This document shows, one piece after another, positions 24,734 through 38,400 of a stretch of 64,000 nucleotides of DNA. Source of the DNA: Azolla caroliniana (lineage: Eukaryota > Plantae > Polypodiophyta). Where the stretch lies: the NCBI GenBank assembly GCA_043228905.1, contig JBHGNT010000021.1, forward strand, positions 12,772,001 to 12,836,000, given 5' to 3'. Within the stretch, counting starts at the first letter, position 1. Each line of letters starts with the position of its first letter. The position numbers and the translations under genes are program-made. The notes beneath the pieces were generated by a model. It was not told the origin of the DNA and did not search any database. It saw only the letters and a list, made by a program, of their open reading frames with translations.

Positions 24734-26141
24734 TAGCCCCATCAACTTCGGGATATGAGCTCTTGGCACCGAATTTGTTTGAGATTCCACAGTACATGTG
24801 GTACCGTGAATATCACCATTGGTTCCATGATCGTCAGATCAACGCACCCGATCTCCTCCGGCGAGAATGCAAAGGCCTACTCGTGTCTCTCGAGCATTCT
24901 CTAAAACAGGTCCTCCTCCACCGGTAGTAGGAAGCCACCCCCACCGATCTTCAACTTCCATAGAGTTTCATCGGTCAACCAGTGGCCTATGGCGACCGGA
25001 TCTCGTAAACTTGGGTCGGTCGCAACCCCTTTCATTCGCTCCCATCTATCCTCTGGCAAGGGAGACGCGACGGGCCTCACCTTCCAGTCCATAGTCTTGT
25101 ACTTGATGTCCACCGGCACGGTCTGATCCACCCCGATCATCATCCCGAAGTTTGCGATGACTTCCTACATCTCGACCGAACTAACCGAGATCATCCGGTT
25201 TTCGCTTAGATCCTCTCCAACTACGCTCTCGATCTTGACGGCCCCACACCTTGATAGCCCTCTTCAAAAATCCTCTCGGCTTCCGTTGCCGAGAGAGTCC
25301 CTATTCCGCTCGTGGTTCAGTCGGACTATTAGGAATTGGACGGAGTGCCGACCGTCCCGGCTTTTCACACGGCATAGTCTGAACTGTTGTCCAGCACCTT
25401 TGTTTTCATCCAGGCCGTCGTGATGTAGGGCTCGCCGAGTATAACCAGATGTGAAGAGGAATCCTGCACAAAGAAATGTTGGTCAATCTCAACATCTCTT
25501 ACCTTTACTCGGACGTTCAGGCACGCACCATGAAGCTCCTCCGTTTCGTGGATCGTCGCGTGTATCTTCCAACTGTGGTTGGTGTTGATCGGCCACTTCC
25601 CCTTCTTATAAAAGTCCATCGACATCAACTTTATCTCTGATCCGTGGTCGATCAGTGCCACCACCGGCTCCTTTACATCCCCGATCTGGATTGTAGTCTC
25701 TGTTGTCACCCTTGCCAGTGTGGCTTCATGTAGTGACTATCTGAAAATTCTTTTTCCATTGCCACCTCTTCGACGTGGGCCGCCTTCACCTCGGTCGGCT
25801 TCTCCGGCTCCAGCTCCGTTGAGAGCCGCGTCCTCTTCATGAGGTCAACGATGTCATCATGGAACTCTTTCGCTATTCCCAACACTTCATCCGTCTCCAA
25901 GAGAAGACCCACCTTCTCTTAGTCAAGTAAGTCGACCGACTTGACAAACAACAGGACCTTGCTCATATTGAGCACGGTCTGGTTCAGTGTAGAGAGTCTC
26001 ATGAATCGCTTCTCAAACTCCTGAAGAAGCACTGACATATTCCATCCTTTGTCGGGGCTCTCGACCGAATCCATAAATTCTTTCTTTAACGAGTCATTGA
26101 AACCGTACCTTTTGAGGAGCCGCCCTCGAAATACATCCAAT
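24734..26141 (-). pseudogene. gag-PR and pol N-terminus of Gypsy element E (continues at 12451)
   Basis: Homologous to A gag/PR (ALIDHGSEIKLMSMDFYKKGKWPI); GGATTTT-TGA site 25273-25264; reading VPRAHIPKLMGL joins LKEKVDMGIL at 12451. Confidence 0.85.
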
Positions 26142-26345
26142 TGTCGAATATGAGTGTATAATGGCCGTATTCACACTATCCCTTTGGACAACCCAAGTTT
26201 GGGCCATTTCTGTAAATAGCATAAAGGGCAGTTGCCCTAGGATAGTCACTATATAAAGTGACTTTGTAACCTTTAGTTAAGGTGGTTGTTGTTGGCTGTC
26301 ATTCTTTGTAACTGTTGCTATTGGAATATAACGTTTTCTTTGTGC

Positions 26346-26392
<47 letters not shown>

Positions 26393-29300
26393 TCTATCTT
26401 GCTTATGCGCATACATAGGTTCTTCTTCATCACGAATGTTGCTTGCACCTCCGCATTGACGGCCTTGTCCCCAACATTTGATATCAGAGCGTTGGAGGTT
26501 CTTCAACCCCCTACCGGCCGTCATAGTACACCACACAACATTCTGTTTTTGTAACTTCTTGAAGAACAAAGAAGAGAGAAGAAAAACAAAAAGCTCGCAT
26601 CTCACTGTGTTAAATCACAAATTGGAGTAAGCCAACCGGCTGTACTCTGTTCCTGTGATTGTAACCGCTTGAGGGGAGCTCCTTGTGCAACAATCGACCC
26701 AATCGTGCTTCGTTCGGTTAAACAACATCCGAATAGGTCACCGGACGTTATTCACTCGCTTGTTGTAACCACCCACTGCAGATTGTTCTTCTGGCAACAA
26801 CCAAATTCGTGCTTCATTTGGCTGATCGACATTCGGGAGGATCAGTTGGATCCGTCCCTCTCATCGTTGCAGTCATCCGAAGCAAAATCGGCCCAAACAA
26901 TCGGTTTCTTGTAATTGGTATTCGGCATACAATCCGAAGCTAACTTGGCTCACTCCGACTCGGCAACATTCGGGAAGACCAGCCGGTTCTGTCCCTCAAG
27001 TTACCGGAGTCACTCCGAGCAAGTTCAGTAAACAAATATCTGAAACCAAACCGACTCAGGTTCAAAACTGACTAGAACAATATCGGGTGAGCCGACCCGT
27101 TGCACCCCACTAAGTTTCGTAGTCAACTCCGAACCAGGCCTTCCCAACCGAAACTGAATCAGATAGCATCAACATCCGGCTCATCGGAGATGAGTCTAAG
27201 GAGGTTTGACGGTTCGAACTTCAACTTCTGGAAGGAACAAATGCAAGACTATCTCATAGTCAAGGGTCAGATAGACCCGATTGAGAATGAAAATCCTCCA
27301 TAAGCATACAAGGCAAACGAGTGGCTAAAGCTGGATAGAATTGTCTGCGCCACGATTCGAATGCACTTGTCGGAATCAGTGTACTTCACAATGCAATCAT
27401 GCTCGACAACATTTGAATTATGGAAAATGTTGTCAGAAACTTATGAAAAGAAGGTCGCCTCAACGAAGATGTATATGACCTGGTGCGGATGAAAGAATCT
27501 GATTCGGTTCAGGCACACCTCAACGAGTACGAAAGTATAAGCTCCCAAATCTCATCTCAGGGGACAGCAATCGAGAATGAACTCAAAGCAATGATACTCC
27601 TGAGTAGTCTCCCCTCTTCATGGGAAACTTTCATTACAACCGTGTGCAATGCTTCAACAGTTGTCGTTAAGTACTCCGAAGTCACGAGCGCAATCCTGAC
27701 TAAAGCAACTCGGAGAAAGTCTTTCGCCAAAGACTCAGCAGATGAAGCTTACGTAGTACAAGGTTCGACCGACCGATCGAACAATAGGGGAAGAAGTTCT
27801 TCCTGACCGCCGAACAATCAGCGAAGCCGGAGCAAGTCTCGGGACAACGAATCTACAACTACTACAAGAAACCGGGACACATCAAAGCCGATTGTCGGGC
27901 ACTCAAAGCAAAAACCGACAAAGCTCAAAGAGCGGATTAGAAGAGTAGTCGGCATGAGGAGGTCAACAACGTCGGCTCTTCAGCCGAAATTTTGACGACC
28001 GACCCGAACATATTGTCCATAGAGAACCCAGTCGAATCAGAAGTTCTGCTTACAACTGAGGAATCGAGCACATGGCTCCTCGACTCGGGCGCATCGTATC
28101 ATGTAACACCTCATAGATCTCAATTTCGGCAATACTCGGACCGGCACTCCGACTCAGTTCGAGTCGATAACTCGCAACACTGTGCTATAATCGGAATCGG
28201 CACCGTAGAGCTCAACCTTCCGGGGGGCTCTACACTCGTACTACACAACGTCCAACACGTTCCTGAGCTCTCAAGACCCTTGATCTCAGTCGGACAACAT
28301 GAGGAAGCCGGCATCCATGTCAAATTCTCATCAGGAGGGTGGACACTCCACAAAGGGAACCTCCTGCTTGCTCGAGGACCAAAGGTACATTCCTTGTACC
28401 CTTTATATGTCACACTCAAAGAGGGTGACTTATTTTTGGTTGATATCCCCCTGTCATCGTTATGGCACGGACAACTTGGACAACTCAACAAGGCCAGCAT
28501 AATGCACCTATCCAGAGCTGGTTACATCCCCAAACTCTCCTTCTCGGATCACCAATTCTGCGAGCATTGCCAATACGGCAAACATGTAGAAGCATCACAC
28601 CCGACATCAACACCAAGAGAATCGAGTCCCCTCGATTTGGTCCACTCAGACATCTGTGGCCCGATGCCACATCAGTCTCTCGGTGATGCTTCGTACTTCG
28701 TCAATTTCATTGACGACTAGTCTTGGAAGGTGTGGGCTTACCCCATTAGAACCAAAGATCGAGTGTTCTCGATCTTCTCCGAATGGCTTGCAATGGTTGA
28801 AAATCAGACCGATCGGAAACTAAAATGTCTCCGAACCGATAATGGAGGAGAATTCAAGTCTGACGAATTCATCAAATTTTGCCGGGAACGCGGCATTTGA
28901 CGTGAATATACGGCACCCTATAGTCCGGAGTAGAACGGAATTGTTGAACTCATGAATCGGACGATTCAAGAACGCGTAGTATCCATGCTCCAACACTTGG
29001 ACTATCGGATGGCTTCTGAGCAGAGGCTCTACTTACGGCAGTACACATAATAAATATGTCGCCAAGTAGACCTCTAGGACTTCAAATACCTCAGGAAATA
29101 TGGACCAGTAGTAAGCCGAATTATGACAAGTTGAGGATCTTCGGTTGCGAGGCATACGCCCTCATACCGAAAGACGATCGCCGGAAACTCGAACCAAGAT
29201 CAAGGAAATGCGTTTTCCTTGGGTATGGACCCGACGGCAAGATCGGATACCGACTCTGGGACCCCGAGCACAGACAAATCGTCTGAAGTTCGGACGTCGT

Positions 29301-31523
29301 GTTCAACGAGTCGGCTACGCATAAAACGGTCGAAAGGCCTATTGAAGTCCAAAGGGTAATATTCTCCAAAGTGCCAACCCTTCATGAAGGCCCAGCCCAC
29401 AACACGAGATCGGTTTCACGGGTAACTGACAACTCTCGCACCAAATCCACCGATTCAGCACAGTCGAATGGCTCGGCTCCCGACCATCCGACATCGACAC
29501 CCGGTACGACTAGTCCAGTCATACCTCGCAGATCCGAGAGACTGCCGCAACCTCCGGAGAGGTACTCTCCCGGAATTTTCTTTACTGACACCGGCGAACC
29601 GACGTCTTACGAAGAAGCATCGGCATCTGCCAATTCAGCCACATGGCATCTGGCGATGGAGTCAGAAATGCACTCTATTCGGGCAAACAAGACTTAGGAC
29701 TTGGTCAAATTACCGAAGAATCGACGTGCTCTTCCATGTAAGTGGCTCTATCGACTAAAAGAGACGTCTAACTCGACCAACCCAAAGTACAAGGCCATAT
29801 TAGTTGCAAAGGGATTTGGACAAGAATATGGCGTCGACTTCGACGAAATCTTTTCACCAGTGGTGAAAATGACGACCCTTCGTTTCATGCTCGGCGTCGT
29901 GGCCGCCGACAACTTGGAGTTGATTCAACTAGATGTAAAAACGGCATTCCTCCACGGTGACCTACAGGAGGAAATCTATATGGAGCAGTCGAAAGGCTTT
30001 GTGGCATCCGACCAGGAACATCTAGTCTGCCGACTCAGGAAGAGTCTCTACGGCCTGAAACAGGCACCCCGACAGTGGTACAAGAAGTTCGACGACTTCA
30101 TCCAATCGGTCGGCTTCTCAAAGAGCGATGAGGACCAATGTCTCTTCACCTAAATAGCTCATCATCTACGTGGACGACATGCTACTCTCCGGTCGGCATG
30201 CCGGAGAGCTCACCGAACTCGTTCGGAAACTGCGGTTGAAGTTTGCCATGAAGGACCTCGGTCCGGCAAGACACATACTTGGTATGAAGATTAGTCGGCA
30301 TCGCAATACCCGACAACTTTTCTTGTCTCAAACCGACTACATCGGACGTGTCTTGGAACGCTTCAACATGAACTCGGCCAAGTCTGCTTCAACCCGCTCC
30401 CCATTAACCTTCGGCTGTCTTAGCGAGACTGCCCGACATTCGGTCCAGAGGGGGAAGATATGAAGTCGGTATCGTATGCACCAGCAATCGGCTCCCTTAT
30501 GTACGCGATGGTCGCGACACGACCTGATATTTCTCACGTTGTAGGTGTCGTTAGCATATTTATGCACAACCTAGGCCGATCACACTGGAACGCAGTCAAG
30601 CATGTGTTCAGATATCTAGCTGGCACAAAAGACTGCATTCTCTTTGGCCCGAACTCAACCTCAGGCGTAGTCGGTTACACCGACTCGGACTTCGTCGGCT
30701 GCGTGGACAGTCGAAAATCAACAACCAGATATTGTTTCAAATTCGGCAATGGAGCAATCTCGTGGAAGTCGAAACTTCATGAGTGCATAGGCACCTCAAC
30801 GACCGAAGCGGAATATGTAGCTACATCCGACGCGGCAAAAGAAGCCTTATGGCTCGGTCGGCTGGCACACACGTTTCGACAAGTTGACTCCGACTCGGCT
30901 CCAGTTGTCTACAACAACAGTCAAGGTGTTGTTGCTTTGTCAAAGAATCCAGTTCACCACAACGCCTCCAAGCATATCGACGTTCGATATCACTTCGTTC
31001 GGGACTGCATCATTTCAGGGAAAATCGGTCTAGAGAAGATATCCACAACCAATAATGTCGCAGATGGAATGACCAAGTGTCTTTCGGCGGATCGTTACCA
31101 GTCCCTCCGGCACCAGATGGGCGTAACGAAAAATCGGTCCGGTTAGAGTCGAACACACAGCACATGATGGTTTCGGACCACCGACATCGGTTCTCTGAGG
31201 ATCGGCTCAGTCTTTTGTCTTCGGATCTTGCCGACTCTAACAAAACCGATTTGTCCGATAAACCTTGTATATACCTGTAATTCTTTAGATAACCCATGTA
31301 TACACCCATTACGGGGGAGTGTCGAATACGAGTGTATAATGGCCGTATTCACACTATCCCTTTGGATAGCCCAAGTTTGGGCCATTTCTGTAAATAGCAT
31401 AAAGGGCAGTTGCCCTAGGACAGTCACTATATAAATTGACTTTGTAACCTTTAGTTAAGGTTGTTGTTGTTGGTTGTCATTCTTTGTAACTGTTGCTATT
31501 GGAATATAACGTTTTCTTTGTGC

Positions 31524-31569
<46 letters not shown>

Positions 31570-31650
31570 ATCTTGCTTATGCGCATACACAGGTTCTTCT
31601 TCATCACGAATGTTGCTTGCACCTCCGCATTGACGGCCTTGTCCCCAACA
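26142..31650 (+). mobile_element. Ty1/Copia element F (Tnt1/Tork-like), two LTRs, no TSD
   Basis: LTRs 26142-26476 and 31320-31650; PBS TGATATCAGAGC 26479-26490 (mutated iMet); PPT ACGGGGGAG 31311-31319. Confidence 0.93.
27190..31146 (+). pseudogene. Copia F gag-pol polyprotein with stops and frameshifts
   Basis: FDGSNFNFWK; WLLDSGASYH; HSDICGP; QLDVKTAFLHG; YVDDML; YTDSDF; KHIDVRYHFVR. Confidence 0.92.
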
Positions 31651-32451
31651 TCAAGTCTGGTCGAGTGATTGTGAGGTAGATAAGACTATCGATCAGTTGT
31701 CAATACTGAGTCGGCTCACACTCTATGGTGCCAGAATTGGCATCTAGTTTGAGGTTTCGGTCGAGAGGTGTTGCCACAGACTTGCACTCAGTCATCCTGA
31801 ACTTGTATAACAAGTTGAGAATGTAGTGTCGTTGGGAGATCAATATCCCGGCTGGAGTTCGAATTACCTCGATGTCAAGGAAGTAATGGAGCTCTTTCAT
31901 GTCCGTCATCTCGAATTTGTTGGAAATGAGGGATTTGACCTTGTTGATGTCGACTAGTTGCTCACCTCCAATGACCAGATCATCCACGTACAGGATGTTA
32001 CCCGTTCCTTTGGGCAAACACCTTCGATAGATCTGCGACTATCGGTCTTCAAGGGTGTGGTACGTGAAGGCTCGTACAGAGGCGTTGAGAGAGATATAGG
32101 GTTCAGAGAGAAAACACTAGCGAGTTTTTGATAGACGTGGCGGCATGAAACTCATAGGTATAGATCGAAACACAGAATCATGCAACCAAAATAGGCACAA
32201 ATAAGATGTATTACTCTGGCAGAAAGGATTACAGAACACGGCCTCTGGCCGGTGACCTTACAAGTTTATCTAATTCGAATGACTAAGCTAGTGCTTCCGC
32301 CTATAATTTTCTTCTCTCTCTTTCTGAGGTATTGTTCCTCGTTTAAATAACTTTTCCTCTTACACACAGCCGAGCCCTTGGTGGCCCGTGACACTCGGAC
32401 TCGGCGTCTGCTAATTTCCTAATTTTACATTTCTGTCCTCCGGACAACACC

Positions 32452-32468
32452 TGGCACGCCCGTGGGAC
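32452..32468 (+). promoter_or_regulatory. Inverted second PBS (tRNA-Arg) at the PPT position of element H
   Basis: TGGCACGCCCGTGGGAC 2 nt inside the 3' LTR; matches tRNA-Arg(UCU)-type PBS TGGCACGCCC[A/G]GTGGGAC with one gap; no purine tract on the coding strand. Confidence 0.8.
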
Positions 32469-32547
32469 AGGACCTTGTCCGTCGGACCCACGACCTTCAA
32501 AATACTAACAATATTACAAAAATGGCCTTTTAGGCGTGATCCTCGTT

Positions 32548-35189
32548 TCATTCCTCCTTTAAGATGTCGAGGATGCTTTCGGGGTCCGGGGTGGCGGCAG
32601 GGTGGTCTGGTTGGACTGTTGGTGCGGGGGGTTGAGTTTGGTCTGAGGGTGGCATATCTTCTCGGGCGTCCGCCTCGGGTGCAGCCAATTCTTCTGGTGG
32701 GGGTGTGGGTTCGTGGGCGTTGGCCTCTCCTTCGACAGGCTCTGGTACCGTGTGGACGTCCATGGGATGCCTGTTGGTCGGGGCAAGTTCCTCCTGTGCC
32801 GTGTCCGTGATCTCCTCGCTGGGAGGTTCTTCTTTCTGCTCTGTGGCCGTTGGAGGCCTGGTGGAGATGGCAGCAAGTCGTTCTCGTTCGAAGGCTTCTG
32901 CTTCCAGGCGAAACAGCATCTGACCGTCATTGAAGTCCTCCATTATTTGCTCGATTGCTGCGGTGTGCGATTTTGCCAAGGACTGGTAATCCTCGGTTAA
33001 ATCTGCACACAGATTTTGAATGCTGGTTTCGTCCATTTTGTAGAAGCCGCAGCCCTCCTTCCGTCGGTTCTCGGCGTCGGCGCGTAAAATGTGCAATTCG
33101 GCAGCTTGGGCTGCCCATTCGTCTCCTGCGCGACTTAATGTTTCCTCGACCTTTTTGGTGAGGTGTTGGCGCTGTTTCTCGAGCAGTATGCGGATGCGCG
33201 TCTCATCCATGCCGTGCTATGCTCGGATGGCTGCTAATTCCTGTTTTAAGTCGTCGACCTCGGCCTGAATCTTCTGTGTCTTTAGCTCATAGATGGTCTA
33301 ACTATTCTTTGCATCTGTGGTTACGAGCTGGAGAGCCTGCTCGTAACGCTTCGTGAGTTCTTCGGTGGCCTGCTCCCGTTCTTTCTAACACGTGGCCCGG
33401 ATTTGTTCCCATTCGACGATTCTCTCTTCTTGTAGGGCGAAGTAGGAATCTGATAAGGCCTCTTTTTGCTCGGAAAGTAGCTTGCACTTGATGAAAAACT
33501 CGTCAGCCATCTCTTTAAGGGTCGTACGCTGACTCTGCAGCTCGGCATTCTCCGCGTTCATCCTCTCCTCTCGTTCGCGATTTCTTTCATCCTGCCGCTG
33601 GTTCCAGTCGTGGGCATTGTCGAGCGCGGCCTGTAGGTCTAGGACCTCCGTCTCTTTCTTCACTACTGTGGTGGCGTATTCCTCCAGCTTGCTTTTGAGT
33701 TCGGCTTCCTTGGCCGCGGCTTGCGCTTGTACCCGGCCCAATGCTTCGTGTTGCTCGTGTATCCTTTGGTTGGCCTGGGCTCTTATCTCGGCCATCTGCT
33801 TGGAAGCTTCTTCTTTTAGGCGAGCCATCGCCTCTTGATGTCGTTGCTCGTGTCTCTCGGTTCGCCGTTGTTCTTCTTTAAGCTCCGCACGGTAATCCCG
33901 GAGCGGGGGTTCTGTCTAGGTTGCCACCTCCTTGGTTGGTGTGGTTAGTTTGGGTTGCTCCACGGCCGTGGCCGCCTCGGTTGTTGTGCAGGCATCGACC
34001 ATTTGTAACGACTCCGTTTGTGTACTAGCCTGCACCTTCAGGATGGAGTCGGTGATGGTGCAGCCTGCTGTGTGTTGGTGCGTGGGCTAGGTCCTGGGGA
34101 CGTTACCGAAGGCCGTGACGTTGGCTGCCGAATGGTGACGTCATCAGTTGTGTTGTCTTCCACGGCTACCGCCCCCTCCCATTCTTGGCAGGTCTCAGAA
34201 ACTACCCTTTTTTGTTGGGGTTGGGCGGGTGGTGGTGCCGATGCGGTTGTCTGGTCGGCGGCAGGGGGTGAAGGCGATGTGGGGTCCTCCCATGCTTCGT
34301 GGCTGATGGCCACGAATTTCTCTCTCTGCCTTCGTGGTGGTGGTGGGGACATGAGTGCGCGAGGGGAAGGGAGCGAAGAGGGTGGGTATAACACCATCAA
34401 AAAGTGGGTAAGAACAGACAACATCTTCTTACCAGACTGAAATGAAGCTAAGGCGGCGCGGGGTCCTTCACCTGTGATGATTCCCCAATCGATTATGTTT
34501 CCTTCATAAGCGCTGATGATGATGGTTGCCTTGTTCTGCGGCATGCTCGTTGGGTTCGTATGCACAAACGCATACTCCATCAAGATACGCGCAATCTCCC
34601 CGAAAGCTTTGTTGGGCCCGCCATACGTGCGATATGCCTTCCCTGTGGCTGAGTACTCCCCAAAGTACGCCTTCATCTTTGATGTCGGGGGTATGTCGAC
34701 CTCATGGTCCCCTCCCCGTTGCAGGTCCAACACAGCCCGAAGCACGTTGTTGGTGATGGCTTCGGGACTTATACGTTTCGCCGCATTTTGGGCATCTGGG
34801 TGCGCGGGGGCATCGATGATCTTCAGATAACCGCCCATTCCTCGTTCCTAGAGCCAGGCGCGGGTTTCGGCTGAGGCGGTAAGCGGCATAGTGGAGATGG
34901 AAGCTGGGTTCGACTGTGTGGAAGCGTGAAGCAAAGTGATGAGGCGAGGGCGAGCTACCGCAGGAGCAGCAGGAAGTGGAAGTCCAGCAGAGAGGTTATG
35001 AGAGCGGAAGAGGGCTTGAGAGCAAGAGCGCTTAGTGTGTTGAGAGCGAGATGGGGTTTCTGATCTTGAGAGCAATGGAGACGGAGAGCGATAATGGTCT
35101 GTGCTGCGTTTTGGAAACGGTTTTGGTAACTTCTTCCTAGGGTTTTGTACCTGCAGCGAATCCTGAAGATTCTGAGTCGTGGGTGCCAT
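32548..35189 (-). pseudogene. Extra sense-strand ORF of H: helical N-terminal domain, Pro/Thr linker, long coiled coil, acidic Pro-rich tail
   Basis: ORFs 34848-35189, 34038-34838, 33385-33828 and 32548-33210 link through in-frame TAG stops and one frameshift near 34040. Confidence 0.7.
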
Positions 35190-35421
35190 AATAAGTGACT
35201 AGCACCACGTGTCCTGAAGGTGAGTGGGGTGCTTCTAGTGTGCCTTGCATGTGGTTTGCATGTGTGAACAGTTTAAATAGGTACTAACTGAGTGGTGGCG
35301 AGGGGTGCTCCTAAAAGTGGGTTGCCTAGGTGGGTGGTGTAGGTGTAGCTAAACAGTGGCTAATCTATGGTTAATCCTACCTACTACTACTTTTATTAAT
35401 TTCCAGAAGGTGGTTGAGTCC

Positions 35422-38400
35422 TTATTCAGGGGGACCCGTGGCGTCCTCCGTGGTGATCTCCCGAGTCTCGTTGGTGCCATGTGGCTTGGTAAACGGGTTG
35501 GGTGGTGTAGTCCCGCGATATGGTCTAAGCCGAAACCCATTGGCCCAGCTTTTGATCGTGTCGCCGGCGAGTGTGCCGAGCAGGAACGTCCCATTGAACT
35601 CGTCGATAATCCAGAATGGACTGATCCATCGAAATCTTAATTTTCCCGGCATTGACCCGAGTCGTGTTTGGAAAAGAAGGACTGGTTTGCCGATGGTGAG
35701 CTCCTTCTCCATCCCGTGTCAATGTTGATCCACGAAAGCCTTGCGTTGCCGTTGGCGTTGTTCGAGTTGGGCCATACTCTCTATCCTAGCTTCCCCGAGT
35801 TCGAGGAGTTGTTCCAGCCGGTTTTGTTCGGATTCGGCCTCAGGGAGCCGTGCTTTGACTTGAACTTTGAGGCTCGGGACTTGGAACTCGAGAGGCATTA
35901 CAGCTTCTAACCCAAACGCCATTCGAAAGGGGGTTGATTGGATGCTTGTTTTGAAGGTCGTACGATACGCCCACAACGCGCTCTGGAGTTTGTCATCCCA
36001 ATCGGTCCTGTTTTCATTGATGATCTTCTTCAGTATGGTTTGGAGGATTTTATTTGTCGATTCTGCCAAACCGTTCGCCTGCGGGTAGTATGGTGTGCTT
36101 TTCTTGTGCACCACCGCGTAGTGGTGTGTAAGCTCACGTATTATATGATTGATGAAGTGCCCACCTTGGTCACTAACGAGCTCGATCGGACATCCGTAAC
36201 GGCACCAGAGGTGCTCGTACACAAATTTAGCCGTAGATGCCGTCGTGTTATCTCGGAGTGCCTTAGCCTCGACCCATTTGGTGCAGTAATCCGTGGCCAC
36301 AATAATATATCGATTCCCTGTTCGGGCCGCGGGTGGTTTGAAAGGACCTACAAAATGCAAACCCCATTTTTGAAATGGGTCCAACGGACGAATCGGCTGG
36401 TGTGGCATCCGTGACTATTCCCTTGGTTGCCCTAGACGTTGACACAAATCGCACTGCCGGCAAAACTCGTGAGCGTCTTTCTTTGTTGTCGGCCACCATA
36501 ATCCACTTTGCCAAACTTTCCTTGCCGTAGAATCCCCGGCGTAGTGTCCCCCAGATACTCCCTGGTGGGCTTCCTGAAGAACAGTGTTCTTCTCGAACTG
36601 TCGAATCGCTCGGCGCCATATGCCGTCCGAGCCTTTGTGGTAGAGAATGTCCGAGACGAGGCAAAAATTCCGGCTCCGCACTGCTAGGCGTTTTTTCGTG
36701 TCAAGGGTCATGTGCTCCGGAGGTACACCGGTAGTGAGAAAATGGGTCATCTCCGTGATCCATTCATCTCTGTTATCGTCTGGTACCGAGGTCAAGTTAA
36801 ATAGGCTGGCGTCCGGTAGCTCGTCGTACGTTGTTTTTGCCGGTTCTCCTGACTCAAGACGGCTTAAGTAGTCGGCGACGGCATGTTGTACCCCGGGTCG
36901 ATGCTGAATCTGAAAATCAAACTCTTGTAGTAGGAGCATCCATCGAGCCAACCGGCCGGTGAGGGCTTGTTTATTGACCAAATAAAGAAGGGTCGAGTGA
37001 TCCACGTGAAAGGTAAACTTTCGGCCCAAGAGATAATGCCGAAATTTATTGATGCTATAAATCATACCGAGAACCTCCCGCTCGGTGGTGGAGTAATTCT
37101 TTTCCGCGGTCGAGAGCCGTCGGCTGGCGTAGTATACAGGCCTATACCAATTCGGGGGTGTGCATTACATTAGCGCACTTCCGATGGCGATGTCCAAAGC
37201 ATCCACGAAGACATGAAACGGTTCGGACCAAACCGGAGACTGGACCACCGGGGCATGTGACAGCATTCGTTTGAGGGTCTGATAAGCTGTGTCCTCGACT
37301 GACGTCCATTGGAAAGGAAGGCGATGGACTGCTGCGTGTAAGGGTGTCGCGAAATTGGCCAGGTGTCGTATCATTCAGCTGTGCCACCGGATCTGTCCCA
37401 AAAAACGGCGTAGTGCCTTAGCGTTCGAGGGTGCGGTGGCCTCCAGAATTGCCTTTACTTTATCCGGGTCCATAGCAATGCCTTCTTGACTAACAATGTG
37501 GCCGAGAAGGTTGCCGCTGGTGACTAAGAATGCGCATTTCGCCGGGTTTAAACTCAATCGAGCTTGGCGACATCGGTCCAGGCAGAGTCGTAACTGGGTC
37601 ATGTGTTCCCGTTGATGGCCATACACGGCGAAATCGTCGAGAAAAACTTGCATGAACGCCGGAATGTAGTCATGAAAGATTTCGGTGATGATGCGTTGGA
37701 ACGTAGCCGGTGTTGTTTTTAGACCGAACATCATAACTTCTGCTACAAACACACCCCATTCCGTGACGAAAGCGGTTTTCTCCTGATCCTCCGGGTGCAT
37801 TCTTATCTGGTTATAGCCGTTGAACCCGTCGAGGAAACTGTAGCATTGGTGGCCGGCTACCGTGTCGAGGACGCTATCCGTGAATGGGAGAGGGAAACCG
37901 TCGGTGACGGTTGCCGCGTTAAGCTTCCGATAGTCGACACAAACGCGGATTTTTCCGTTCTTCTTTGGGACCACTACGATCGGGCTCAACCATGTAGCCC
38001 GTTTAACAGGGCGAATGAAGCCCACTCAGAGTAACTTGTCAATTTCCTCTTTGACTTTAGCGGCGTAGTTGGGGTTCATCCTGTAGTGCCTCTACTGAAC
38101 CGGCTGAGTGTCGGGTAAGATGTGAATTTGATGTTGGTAGTACTGAGGATCCAGCCCCTTCATATCGGTGTAAGACCAAGCGAAAACATCCTGATAGTCG
38201 GTGAGTAATTTCACGAGGCATGCCCGTTCGCCGATTGGTAGATTATTGGTAATTTGTACTGTACAGGGATTCTCGTCCGAACCGAGGTTTATTGTTTCTA
38301 GGGTTGATGCTTTCACTCATTGGGAAACGGCGAGTTCACGTTCGAAAGCCTCCCGAGCATGACGTAGCTCGGCCACTGTGGTTGCATCGGGTTCATCCTG

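Noticed and set aside
31996-32468. Element H being plus-oriented with antisense genes
   Set aside because: gag-pol, a TATA-like TATTTAAA in the LTR and a PBS upstream of gag are all on the minus strand, so the plus-strand PBS occupies the PPT position.
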